From NCBI RefSeq assembly GCF_963921235.1, contig NC_086097.1:68450001-68514000 (forward strand): a stretch of 64,000 nucleotides of DNA, read 5' to 3'. The position numbers were made by a program, and so were the translations under genes. Position 1 is the stretch's first letter. Each line of letters begins with the position of its first letter. The notes below the pieces were generated by a model, which saw nothing but the letters and a program-made list of their open reading frames with translations, was not told where the DNA came from and ran no database searches. Shown in pieces: positions 1 through 12,034 of the stretch. This stretch comes from Mobula hypostoma. Taxonomy: Eukaryota.

Positions 1-2111
1 AAGTCACTCCTCAATAGCATTAAACAATTAGGCATACCCAACAGTATTTATGTAAATCGCCAAAAAGCCACAATACTAAACACTGCTAGAGTAGTCTGAA
101 AGTTCCTAGCAATTGAGAAATGACTGTGCTTAGCTCTGCCCGTACCTCAGGTTTTACAAAATTGAGCTGAGAAAAAATAAAAATATAATAGTAAACCAAA
201 TGGGTGATGTTTATATGGAATTATTACTCATTGCCTAAAACATTGGAAGAAACAAAAACATTATATTTCAAAGAGAGTATATGTCTCTCTTTCAGCCACT
301 ATCTTCAGGAAGTTTGAATGTGCGATTAGAGTGAATACTTTATGATGTGATAATCAAATTTAGGATAATAAACGGGTGCTGCATAAATGAGGTATTGCTG
401 ACAATAATTTCATGTGTTATCTTGGCCTGATCTCTCGGATTTCTAAAACTGGGATCTTTTTATCTCCCTTATTCTCATGAGGTCAAATTGTTTTGAAGGT
501 AATATTGGCTGGATGCAAGCATCATTTCAGTTTTATCAACTAAATTTTGCAAACATCACCTCTTCTTCCCTATTCTTACATACCTGTGCTGTTTGTCCTC
601 TGGTCATTCTCCCAATTATACTTCAGGAGAATACCACCAAATGGATTTATTTGGTAGAAATAGCAAAGTCGCCTTTAGATGGGACATTAAATCCAGAGTA
701 GATGTTCAGCTATCATTAAATCAGCATTAACCTGCCTTCTCTGCCCGTAGCTAATGATTTTCCCAGCAGGACTTCTGCCACAATTTTGCCATATCAGCTA
801 ACAACAGAAAGTAAGTGAGGACCAGATCTACACATCAAATCTCTGACAAACTATGTTGGACCAGAATATGTAATCTCTTTCCAACTCCATCTGAGAAAAG
901 GCAGACTTGAATTGTCCTGCATGATTTTTTCCACTGAGCTGCAATTCTCAGGTCTACTGTAAAGTTTCATTCACTCCACCTGGTGTTCTACCCCTCTACT
1001 ACCGCTAAACAGCAACCATAAAGTTGCACAAGTTCTTCCTCATTTTCAAAAGCAACATGTGTTCAGGAATCCTCTTCCTCACAAAGCACCAACTTCAGTT
1101 TTGAGATTTTAAAAAATGCCAAGTAATTTCATCCCTATGGATTGAAACAATCAATTTCAAAGACAACTTGCTCTGCCAAGTAAGTTAGTAAACAAGAGTT
1201 AAGATAAAGATTAGTACATTGGTACACACATTTGTCATAAATGTGTCATTTGCGTCAACAATCAACACAGCCTGAGGATGTGCTGAAGGCAGCCACAAGT
1301 GTCGCCATGCATCTAGTGCAAACACAGCATACCCACAGTTTACTAATCTGTATTGTCTTTGCAATGTGGCAGGAAAGCAGAGCGCCCGGAGGAGACCATA
1401 CAAACTGCTTACAGACACAGCATGAATTGAACCTCAAATACTTACACTGAAAAGCATTATGCTAACTGCTATACTATTGCACTGCCTGTACCCCTGTATA
1501 TAACAGGTGAAGTAACTAATTTGCAAGGTTATGGGAAAATGTTGGAATGTGGAGTTAAACTGAATAAGACCATTAAAAGTCGCAGGCACTGTGACCTACA
1601 GTATGTACTGTTCTTGCTCCTAGGTTATTTGTTAATAAGGAACAAAACAGCACTCAGCAGCCAATAAAAAATAACCCATTTTAACAAACACAAATATCTT
1701 GTGAGTGCTGGGTTGACAAAGGCAGTCATTCATTACTGATATTTTGATTGGAAAGACAAAATAAACACGATAATTATAGGAATTGAAAAGTATATTAGTG
1801 CAAGATTGTACTCTGAGTCTGATGCAGCACAATCTGAAACTCAGCAGCATGTCTGAGTCATACTTCAGGCTTCCTCAGAGAATGTAAACACACTTCAATA
1901 AGCTTGAATAAGTGCAGAGAGGCCCATTCATTCGCAAGCTATTTTCTACTCTAATGTTCACATCGGCAAGAATGGTCACTCTTTCACCATTAAAGACACT
2001 GAAAAACGTTAACACAGGAACAGTTTTGAAACTGGCTCAAGCTGCATGATAAAGACTGGTAATTTACTGAGACTGATTTCATTAATTTTGTCCTAGGGCA
2101 TACTAATCCGT

Positions 2112-2900
2112 TAGAGTCATAGAGTCATAGAACGCGACAGCACAGAAATAGGCCCTTTGGCCTATTTAGTCTGTGACAATCAATTAATCTGCCTAGTCAC
2201 ATTGTTTTGCACTCAGACCATGCCCCTCCCATCCACGTACATGTCCAAATTTCTCTTAATTTTTGGAATCTAAACTGCATCCTTCATTTCTGCTGGTAGC
2301 TTGTTCCACACTCTCACCACACTGAGTGAAGAAATTCCCCTTGATGTTCTCCTTAAACATTACACCTTTCACGCTTAACCCACGACCTCTAGTTATAATC
2401 TCACCCAACCTCATTGGAAAAAAGTTGCTTGCATGTACCTTACCTATACCTTTTATAACTGGGGAAGTCTCTACCCTCATTCTTCTGACACTCTAAGGAA
2501 TAAAATCCTAATCTATTCAACCTTTCCCAATAACTCAGGTTCTCAAGCCCTAGCAACATCCTGTAAATTTTCTCTACATTCTTTCAATCTTATTTACATC
2601 TTTCCTGTAGGAAGGTGACCAAAACTGCATATAATACTTCAAAGCAGGCCTCACCAACATCTTGTACAACTTCAGCATAACATCCCAACTCCTGTACTAA
2701 ATATTTATGAAGGTCAAAGTGCCGTAAGATTTTTTCTTAATAACCTGTAGTGCCACATTTAAGGAATCATGGATCTGTAGTCTCAGGTCCCTCTCTCCTC
2801 AGTAGCTTACCACTCACCATGTAAATTCTACCCTGGTTTGTCCTCCCAAAGTGTAACATCACACACTTGCCTGCATTAAATTCCATCTACCATTTTTTCA
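2112..2900 (-). mobile_element. CR1 LINE, 5'-truncated decayed 3' end
   Basis: Minus ORF 2256-2480 has CR1 ORF2 C-terminal motifs (TRG...GNFFTQ); WxMEFNAGKC-like stretch near 2860-2895; (TAGAGTCA)n tail at ~2112-2130. Confidence 0.85.
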
Positions 2901-3287
2901 ACTGGAAAAATATTTCAGGGAAAAGTATTAATCTGATGTAAAGCAGAGATCTGAGTGCATGACCTCATTAGTAACAGAGCAACTCAGATGGAGTTATTTA
3001 TTTATTAGAGTCCCACGCTGGTAGCCCTTTGTGCTCCTGCTTATCTCCCTCCAGCGGCTGTCTCAAATCTTCACACTCCCCTTCCCCTACCTGTCTTTTC
3101 ATATGTTTTTTCTCTGTTTGTCTGCCTCCATCTATCATTCACCGAACTCCAACACTGCCCTCCTCCATCACTCTCAGACCCCTCTTCAATCTACCAATCT
3201 CCTTGCACATCTTTCTCACCATTTATCTTCTCCTCTATATGTTGTCTATTTTGCCTCTCCACTCTCAGTCCTTATTTATTTATTCTT

Positions 3288-3559
3288 TTATTTATTGAGA
3301 TACAGTTCAGAATAGGCCCTTCCGATCCTTTGAGCCACACCACCCAGCTACACACAACTTAACCCTAGCCTAACCAGAGGACAATTTACAATGACCAACT
3401 AACCTATCAATTGGTGCGCCTTTGGACTATGGAAGGAAACCATAGCACCTAGAGGAAACCCTGCGGGGAGAATATATAAACTCCTCACAAATAGCAGTGG
3501 GAATTGAACCCGGGTCACTGGTACTGTAAAGCATGGTGTTAACCACTATGCTGCTGTGC
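3288..3559 (-). mobile_element. tRNA-derived V-SINE (HE1-like)
   Basis: Minus strand: A box (tagtggttaac), B box (gggttcaattccc), V-domain (ggtttcc..tagtccaaag..ggtcattgtaaattgtcc), AT-rich tail. Confidence 0.85.
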
Positions 3560-4791
3560 AGCCCTTTGTGTAGGATTTCAACCCAAAATGTTGACAATTC
3601 CTTTCCTCCTGCAGATCCGGCTTATTACTCCAGATTTCAGCATCTGCAGTTTCCTGAGTCTCAGATAGAATTCCATCCAGTTTTATTCCTCCAGATGGTG
3701 GATGATAGTTAGATTTTGGAAAAGTCCAGCAGTCCACGAGTTTAATTTCTAATTTTATGATCAAAAGGACCTAGAACTAGGGCCTACAAATTCCACTATG
3801 TAGTGCAACATTTTTGAGCATCACACAATAGAAGCCATTTGCACTTTTTGCAAGGCCTGTGAAGTCCGTAAATTTCTTGAAGCATTGTACATATTGCTAG
3901 ATAACACTCAGTGTGTCTAGACATTTGAAAATGGAATGGTGTCCAATGCACATCTGGTCTCCACTTACGATTTTCATTAATACCCTGCAGATGGTATGGG
4001 ACACTTACATAGAAGCAAAGCTACACAAGGCACATGTATCTTATTTAATGGGTATCACAGCTCTAATAACCCAAGATGAATCCTTCCAATGCTGTGAGGT
4101 ATGGGAGACTGAAAACCCACACTCAACGTTTTAGGAACAGCTTCTTCCCCTCTGCCATAAGGTTTCTAAACGGTCCTTGAGCCATAAACACTACGTGTTA
4201 TTACACACTTTTGCACTATATATTTATTCTGGTTATTTACGGTCTGTACTGCCGTTGCAAAATAACAGATTTCATGGCATATACTCAGTGGCCACTTTAT
4301 TAGGTACACCTGTACATCAGCTTTTTAATGCAAACACCTAATCAGCCAATCATGTGGCAACAGCTCAATGATTAAAGCATGCAGACATGGTCAAGAGGTT
4401 CAGTTTTTCAAACCAAACAACAGAATGAGGTAGAAATGTGATCTAAGTGACTTTGATGTTGGAATGATTGTTGGTGCCAGACAGCATGGTTGCAGTAGCT
4501 CAGAATTTATGAATCTCCTAGGATATGCACACTATCATTTAGAATTTACAGAAAAATGAAAATCATCCAGTAAGCATCAGTTCGGTGGGCGAAAACGCTT
4601 ATTGATGTGAAGGTCAGGGGAGAATGGCCAGATTAGGTCAAGCTGACAGAAAGGTGACAGTAACTCAAATAACCGCATGTTACAATAGTAGTGTGCAGAA
4701 GAGTACTTCTGGAAGCACAATGTCAATCTTTGAAGTGGATGGTGGGCCACAGGAACAGAAAACCACAAAGATATACTCAGTGTCCACTTTG

Positions 4792-7700
4792 TTATACAAG
4801 ATACACAAGATGGCACCAACGAACCACGTCGATGTGTTGTGGGTTCCATACAAAACTTCTAAATATACTCTTCTGAATTACTCTCACTGCAATCTACAGT
4901 CTGTAATTTCCTTTAAGCAATGTACTTTTGAACCATCTTAATGGACTAGCAAATTTCATGATCTGTTGAAGGACTCAATGGACTTAACTCTCAAGCATGC
5001 AGGGACAGCACCTTAAGCAGAAGAAGGCACATCACTGTGGCTGGCAGAAAGGGAGGAGCAGAGGACTCCAAGACAGGCTGAAATGCCAAGGAATGGAAGT
5101 TCCACTACTCAGCATCTTGTTAGTAAATGTACAGTCACTGGACAGCAAGCTTCAGGACCTAAGGGCAAGATTGCTGAATCAAAGGGAAATAAGAAATCGC
5201 TATGTACTGTGTTTCACAAAGACATGGCTCACTCCTGACACACCAGATATATTGGACTCGAAGGCTTGTCAATACACAGAATGGACTGGACTGCTGATTT
5301 GAAGAAGGCAAAAGATGGGGGTATGAGTTTCATGATAAGCTCTTTGTAGTGCTCAGACATAGCTAGCGGTCTTCTCGCACTATTGTTTCCCTGACTTGGA
5401 ACATCCAACAATTAAGTGCAGACCCTTCTGCTTACCAAGGGAGTTCTCCTACTTGATCCTGACCTCAGTTTACGTACTGCCAAAAGCTGACATTAATCAG
5501 ATACTTCAGTTATTGAATGCTGCCATCACCAAACATGAAACAGCCCACCCTGACACATTTCAAATCAGAGTCGGGGACTACAATCAAGCTTGCTTGAAGA
5601 AATCTCTGCCCAGTTATCATCAGCATATAACCTGCACACCAGGAGTTCAAACCATTGCCATATTATGAAAAGGAGTGCTATATTATGAAAAGGAGTGCTA
5701 TATTGTGCCATGCTTAGACTGCATTTCAGGAAATCCGATCACTTGGCTGTTCTTCTCCAACCTGCATACAGGCAGAAGCTAAAGAGCAAAGCTCAGAGAT
5801 TAGGACAACAAAGAGGTGGTTGCAGGAGTAGGAGGAGGAGCTATAGGATTGATTTGAGTCAATGGACCGGGCGGTATTCAAGGGCTTATACGAGGATCTG
5901 AATGAATACACCACAGATGACTTTATAAAAACTGTCATACGTGAGTGTATCCCCACAAAATCATTCAGTCTTCTTGAACCAGAAGCCCTGGATGAACCAT
6001 GAGATCCGCAATCTGCTGAGGGCCAGATCAGTAGCATTCAAGTCTGGCAACCGAGGTCCAGGTACAATCTCCAGAAAGCCATCTCACTTGCGAAATGGCA
6101 AATCCACATCAAACTTCAATCACTGAAGGGTGTTCAACAGCTGTGGCAGTGCTTGAATGATATTGCCCCCTACATAGTGAAGCCAAGTGACGTAGGTGAC
6201 AACAAGGTTTCGCTCCCAGATGAGCTCAGTACTTTCTATGCTCGCTTTGATTGTCAAAACCTGGAGGAACCTTCACGACCTCCCACAGCCTGTGATAACC
6301 CTGTTGACGTAAGAGCATCCTTCAGGAGGGCAAACCAACAGAAAGCATCTGGCCCAGATGGAATAACTGGCTGACCACTAAAGACCTGTCCTGATGAAAT
6401 GGCTGGAGTGTTCACTGATGTCTTTAACTTCTCTCTTTAGCAATCTAAGGTACCCACCTACGGTCAAGCAGGCTTCAATTATACCGGTGCCTATGAAGAA
6501 CGTGGAAACTTGCCTCAATGACTGTCATCCAACAGCACTTACATTCACAGTGATGAAGCGCTTTGAGAGGATGGTGATGAATCATATCAACCGCCTGAGA
6601 AGCAACTTCAATCTGCTCCAACTTGCTTACTGAAGCAACAGGTCCACACCAAATGCCTGTTCATTGGATCTTCACTCAACCCTAGAACATCTGAACAGCA
6701 AAAATCCATACATCAGGATGCTCTATCAACTACAGCTTTGCATTCAATACTATAAACCCCTACAAAATAATCGATGAGCTGCAGGGCATTGGCCTCAATA
6801 ATTCCTCGTGCAATTTGAGCTCCCTGATCTACTCACTTTACACTTACAACTGTGTGGCTAAGCACAGTTCCAAGGCCATATTTAAGGCTACGTCCACACT
6901 AGGCCGGATAAATCCATAACTGAAGCTTTTTCTCTTCGTTTTAACCCTCCATCCACACTAAAATGGAGTTTTCATCCCCTGAAAACAGAGATTTTCAGAA
7001 ACGGTCTCCAGAGTGAATAAATCTGAAAACGCCTAATATCCATTGTAGTGTGTATGGGGTAACCGGAGCTTTTTTAAAACCGCTGTCATAACGTGCCAGA
7101 ACAGATGGTGGCAGAGTGGCATTTCATTGTTTTCTTGAATGTACAACCTAACAATTTCAGAACAGACAGCAACGAGACTGAAGCCAGAAGAGTTAGAAAT
7201 GTACTCACCAAATACTTTGACCCATAGCTTACTGAATAAATAAGTTATACTCACTTTGCCCTGTTTTCTGTCCTTGCTTGTATGAAGGTGGTTTACCTAC
7301 TTATGCAAGTACTTCTCTGACAATAGATGTGTAACAGCCTGATGTAACATTGTATGAAAATACAAAATAACACTGATGCAGACATGTTTTATACATTTAA
7401 CAAGGTGCTTTATTAATGCAACAGAGTCAGTCAGTTTTTCAATGTTCGTCGTCGGCTGGGTCATACTGTCCATGAACTCCCTGTCGGTTGCCTCCATACG
7501 CTCCAGTATTTGTTTTTTTATAGTTTTAAGTCCTCCTGTGCGACAGCCAAGAGCAATTCCTTTTAAGTTTTCCTACTCTCTAACTGGACAAACGTGCACC
7601 AAGTATACCATTTCCTCTTAGGAGGAGATTCGCCCAAATATCCATTCTAATGTGGACGGGATATTTTGGAAAATGCTTGGTGTGGACGCCTATCGTTTTT

Positions 7701-7890
7701 ACGCAAAACTGGCGTTTTCAAAATTATCCGGTCTAGTGTGGACGTAGCCTAAGTTTGCTGACAACACTACTGTTGTTGGCCAGATCAAAGTTGGTGATGA
7801 ATCAGCATCTAGGAAGGAGATTGAAAATCTGGCTGAGTTTTGCCACAACAACAACCTCTCACTCAATGTCAGCAAAAAAGAGCAGCCTGA
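4792..7890 (+). mobile_element. Rex1/Babar LINE, decayed (APE endonuclease + RT)
   Basis: ORFs 4997, 5396, 5941, 6153 and 6394 give [62 protein letters not shown] is split by a Harbinger element. Confidence 0.9.
6886..7749 (-). mobile_element. PIF/Harbinger non-autonomous element with remnant of its Myb/SANT-type second ORF
   Basis: TIRs ggctacgtccacactag.ccggataa / ttatccggtctagtgtggacgtagcc; 3-bp TAA TSD (6883-6885, 7750-7752); minus-strand coiled-coil-like remnant LAVAQEDLKL..MEATDREFMDSMT (ORF 7297-7497). Confidence 0.9.
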
Positions 7891-8215
7891 TATATCACTG
7901 CTGTCCAGATGTTCCAGGGTGGAGTGAAGATCCAGTGAAATGGCATCTGCTGTAGATCTGTTGTGCCAGTAGGGAAACTGGAGTGGATCCAAGTCGCTTC
8001 TCAGGCAGGAGTTGATATGTTTCATCACCAACCTCTCAAAGCACTTCATCACTGTGGATGTAAGTGCTACTGGACGATAGTCATTGTGACAGAATATCAC
8101 AGTCTTCTTAGGTACTGATAAGATTGAGGCCAGTTTGAAGCAGGTTGCTGAAGCAAGAGGTTAAAGATATTGGTGAATGCTCTAGCCAGTTGATCAGAAC
8201 AGGTCATTAGTGCTT
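7890..8215 (-). mobile_element. Inverted Rex1/Babar RT fragment
   Basis: ORF 7699-8100: [34 protein letters not shown]. Confidence 0.85.
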
Positions 8216-8329
8216 GGCCATCTGGTTGTACTTATGATAATTAGTTTACTTTGTATTAGGTATAGGAGGTACCTAATAAAGTAGCTACTGAGTGTATGCC
8301 AGTGATAATAGAAATGATTCTGTTTCTTA

Positions 8330-8540
8330 CTGTGTGGTTTCCCTTTGGGTGCTTTGATTTCATTCCCCACACCATAGGCATGCAAGTTGGTACTGTAAAT
8401 TGTCCCTAGAGTGTAAGTGAGCGAAATGGTAATGGCCTGAGGAGATTTGATCAGAATGTAGTCCAGATGGGTGATTGACGTTCAGTAGAACTTTGGTGGG
8501 CCTTCGAGCCTTTTTCTTACAGTTTAAGTCTATGACTCTA
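8330..8540 (+). mobile_element. V-SINE 3' part
   Basis: gggtgct..tgtaaattgtcc V-domain remnant; CR1-like ctatgactcta tail. Confidence 0.6.
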
Positions 8541-8721
8541 AATGGGGCTCACCTGAGCAAATGCCAGCTTATTGAACACAATAGAAACCAGTTCTGACAA
8601 AAGGTGGGAGTGTGTGCCTGAAGCCAAGGATGTGGGTGAGTTTCAAAATAAATACTCTGCACTGGAATATTTACTAAGGAGAAAAGCATGGGGGATAGTA
8701 AGATCTGTGTAAAATACAAAC

Positions 8722-10213
8722 TCAATGTTCCAATGCTTTTGTGGCTGTTACTGGGGATTTTAATCATGTTTCTCTCGAGGCAACAATACGAACTTTTTAT
8801 CAATATGTCAGCTGCGCTACATGGGACAATAGAACACTGAATCTTCTGTATGCAAATGTAAAGGATGCATACAGTACCACTGCCCTTCCCCCACTTGGCC
8901 TATCAACCACAACCTACTCCTGCTTACACCCAAGTATATGCCTCTTGTCCAGTGGCAGCCTGTGTTAACGAGGATTGTAAGGATGTAGACTCAGGATATT
9001 AATGTGGCGCTGCAGAAATGCTTTGAGAGGACAAACTGGGATGTGTCATGTGAGCCACACAGGGAGGACATTAACAAATGACTGGTTCTATCATAGACTA
9101 TATCAAATTCTGTGAGAATACCATCTTGCCAGCGCGGACTGTGTGCTGCTTCCCCAACAATAGGCCATGGATTACGAATGACTTGAAAGAACTTTTGAAT
9201 AAGAAGAAGAAAGCCTTCAGGTCTGGAAGTGGACAAGTACAGAGGCGTGTACAGAGTGAACTGAGGGTAAGGCTGAGGGAGTGCAAAGACTCCTCCAAGA
9301 GAAAACTGGAGTACAATCTCCAGCAGAATAGCATAAGGGACGTGAGGTCGGGCATGAAGCAGATCATTGGCTTCACAGTTAAGGAAAGGAAGGTCGAGGG
9401 CTGCCTGGATAGGGCCAACGAATTGAACTTGTTTTTCAACAGATTAGGCACAGGACCTCCTGCTAACCCGTTCCTCACTTGCCCAAAGCACACACACTCC
9501 CTGATCCTGAAGCCTTCTCCCTCCACCCCTCCCTCCCCTCTGCTGAGTGTTTGTGTTCCGAACCCCCCAACTTTGCCTCCATGAGCATGACCACCCTCCC
9601 CTGTCCGACTGTGACTGCAGGTCAGATTAGGAGACAGCTGGAGAGACTACATCAAGGAAAGGCTGCTGGACCCGACGGTATCAGCCCAGGGTATGGAAGG
9701 CCTGAGCGACCAGCTGTCTGGTATTTTGCAACACCGCTACAATCTGAGGCTGAGTCTGGAAAATATAATACAGTGCTATGGAAGACTTCCTACTTGGTTT
9801 CCATATCCAAGAAGGTGACACCATCTGAACTTAATTACTACAGACCGATTGCCCTCACATCTCATGTGATGAAGGTGCTGCAGAGGCTGGTCCTGACTTA
9901 CCCTGGAATGCAGGAGAGATCTTCATTGGACCCTCTACAGTTTGCCCACCAACCGCATGTGGGAGTGGATGATGCCATCATCTCCCTGCTGCAGAGAGCT
10001 CACTCCCACTTGGATGATACTGGTGGCATTGTGAGAATCACATTTTTTGATTTCCCCAGTGCCTTCAATACAATCCAGCCACTTCTTCTGAGCAAGAAGT
10101 TGCAAAGAATGGGCATAGACAAACCCACTATCTCCTGGATTTCTGGTTACCTGACAAATAGATCCCCAGATGGTATGGCTGGGTAGTTCTCTGTCTAAGA
10201 TGGGTGGTGAGTG
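8722..10213 (+). mobile_element. Rex1/Babar LINE internal fragment (second subfamily)
   Basis: ORFs 8741, 9078 and 9479: TGDFNH, FPNNRPWIT, KAAGPDGI, YRPIALTSHVMK, FFDFPSAFNTIQP. Confidence 0.9.
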
Positions 10214-11985
10214 TCAGGTATGACGTTGTAGCCATCACTGAATTCTGACTGAAGGATGTTTGTAGTTGGGAGTTGAATGTCCAAGTTTACACATTGTATC
10301 AAAGGAATAGGAAAGTAGGCAGAGCGGGTGGTGTGGCTCTGCTGGTAAAGAATGGTAACAAATCATTAGAAAGATGTGACAGAGGATCAGAAGATGTTGA
10401 ATCCTTGTGAGTTGAGTTAAGAAACTGCAAGGGTAAAAGGACCCTGACGGCAGTTATATACAGGCCTCCAAGCAGTAGCTGGGATGTAGACTACAGAATA
10501 CAATGGGAAACAGAAAAGGTGTGTCAAAAGGGCAATGTCATGATAGTCATGGGAGATTTTTAACATGCAGGTCGATTGGGAAAATCAGGTTGGTAATAGA
10601 TCTCAAGAGAGTGAATTTGTTGAATGTCTACAAGATGGCTTTTTAGAGCAGCTTGTCATTGAGCCTACTAGGGGATTAGCTATACTGGATTGGGTGTTGT
10701 GTAATGAACCAAGGGCAATTAGGGAGTTTAAGGTAAAGGAACCAATAGGAGGCAGTGATCACAAGATGATTGAGTTCAACTTGAAATGTGATAAAGAGAA
10801 AGTGAAGTCTGACGTAGCAGTATTTCAGTGGAGTAAAGGAAATTACAGTGGTATGAGAGAGCAGTTGGCCAATGTAAATTGGAAGGAGATGTTGGCAGGG
10901 ATGATAGCAGAGCAGCAATGGCTTGAGTTTCTGGGAAAGATGAGGAAAGTACGGGATAGATGTAGTTCAAAAACAAAGAAATACTCAAATGGCAAAATAA
11001 TGCAACAGTGGCTGACAAGGGAAGTCAAAGCTAATGTAAAAGCAAAAGAGAGGGCATACAACAAAGCAAAAATTAGCAGGAAGATAGAGGATTGGGAAGC
11101 TTTTAAAAACCTACAGAAAGCAACTATAAGAATCATTTGGAGAGAAAAGATGAAATATGAAAGGAAGATTGCAAACAATATCAAGATGGATAGAAAAAGA
11201 TTCTTCAAGTATATAGAAATAAAAGAGAGATGAGAGTGGATATAGGACCACTAGAAATTGGGGCCAGAGAAATAATAACGGGGACAAGGAGATGGCAGAT
11301 GAACTAAATGAGTATTTTGCATCAGTCTTCTCTGTGGAAGATATGCCAGGTGTTGAAGGGTGTGAGGGAAGAGAAGTGAGTGCAGTTACTATTACAAGGG
11401 GGAAGGTGCTCAAAGAGTTGAAAGACCTAAAGGTACATAAGTCACCCAGACCAGATGAACTGCACCCTAGGGTACTGAAAGAGGTAGCAGTAGAGACTGG
11501 AGGCATTAGTAAGGATCTTTCAAGAATCATTTGAGTCTGGCAAGGTGCCAGAGGACTGGAAAATTGCAAATGTTACTCCACTCTTTAAGAAAGGAGGAAG
11601 GCAGCAGAAAGGAAATTATTGGCTGATTAGCCTGACCTCAGTGGTTGGGAATGTGTTGGAGTCAATTGTTAAGGATGAGATTATGGAGTACTTGGTGACA
11701 CAGGATAAGATAGGACAAAGATATCATGGTTTCCTTAAGGGAAAATTTTTTTAAGCAGAAGATAGTAAATCTATGGAATTCATTGCCACAGGTGGCTGTA
11801 GAGGCCAAGTCATTGGCTATATTTAGAGCAGAGGTTGACAGGTTCTTGATTAGTCAGAACATCAAAGGTTACAGCAGAAGGCAAGAGAATGGGGTGGATG
11901 GATAATAAATCAGCTATGATGGAATGGTAGTACAGACTTTGTGGGCCAAATGGCCTAATACTCCTCCTGTGTCTTATGGTCTTAA
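10214..11985 (+). mobile_element. CR1 LINE (endonuclease to early RT, internal deletion, 3' tail)
   Basis: ORFs 10565, 11292 and 11545: FLEQLV.EPTR, GSDH, LNEYFASVF, PDELHPRVLKE, PEDWKIANVTPLFKKG; jumps to the 3' end at ~11750; cttatggtctta tail. Confidence 0.9.
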
Positions 11986-12034
11986 TTATTAAGCCCCTCT
12001 ATCTCATTCTCCTGCCTTCTACCCATTAAAGGGA

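Larger units (their letters stand above)
4282..8294 (+). mobile_element. Tc1/mariner non-autonomous element (N-terminal transposase remnant), split by a LINE
   Basis: Termini tactcagtggccactttattaggtac / gtacctaataaagtagctactgagtg flanked by TA; CDLSDFD.GMIVGAR and MARL.QADRK.TVTQIT (ORF 4624) match Tc1 HTH regions. Confidence 0.85.
4078..8328 (+). mobile_element. Rex1/Babar LINE 3' end, split into ~4078-4281 and ~8295-8328 by a nested Tc1 element
   Basis: RLKTHTQRFRNSFFPSAIRFLN C-terminus; the 3' UTR ttcatggcata|tgccagtgataata..tgattctg rejoins across the insertion. Confidence 0.75.

Noticed and set aside
5660..5704. 20-bp tandem duplication as a CRISPR-like or regulatory repeat
   Set aside because: Two adjacent copies without a spacer inside a dead LINE; ordinary slippage. 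No repeat-spacer array exists in the window.
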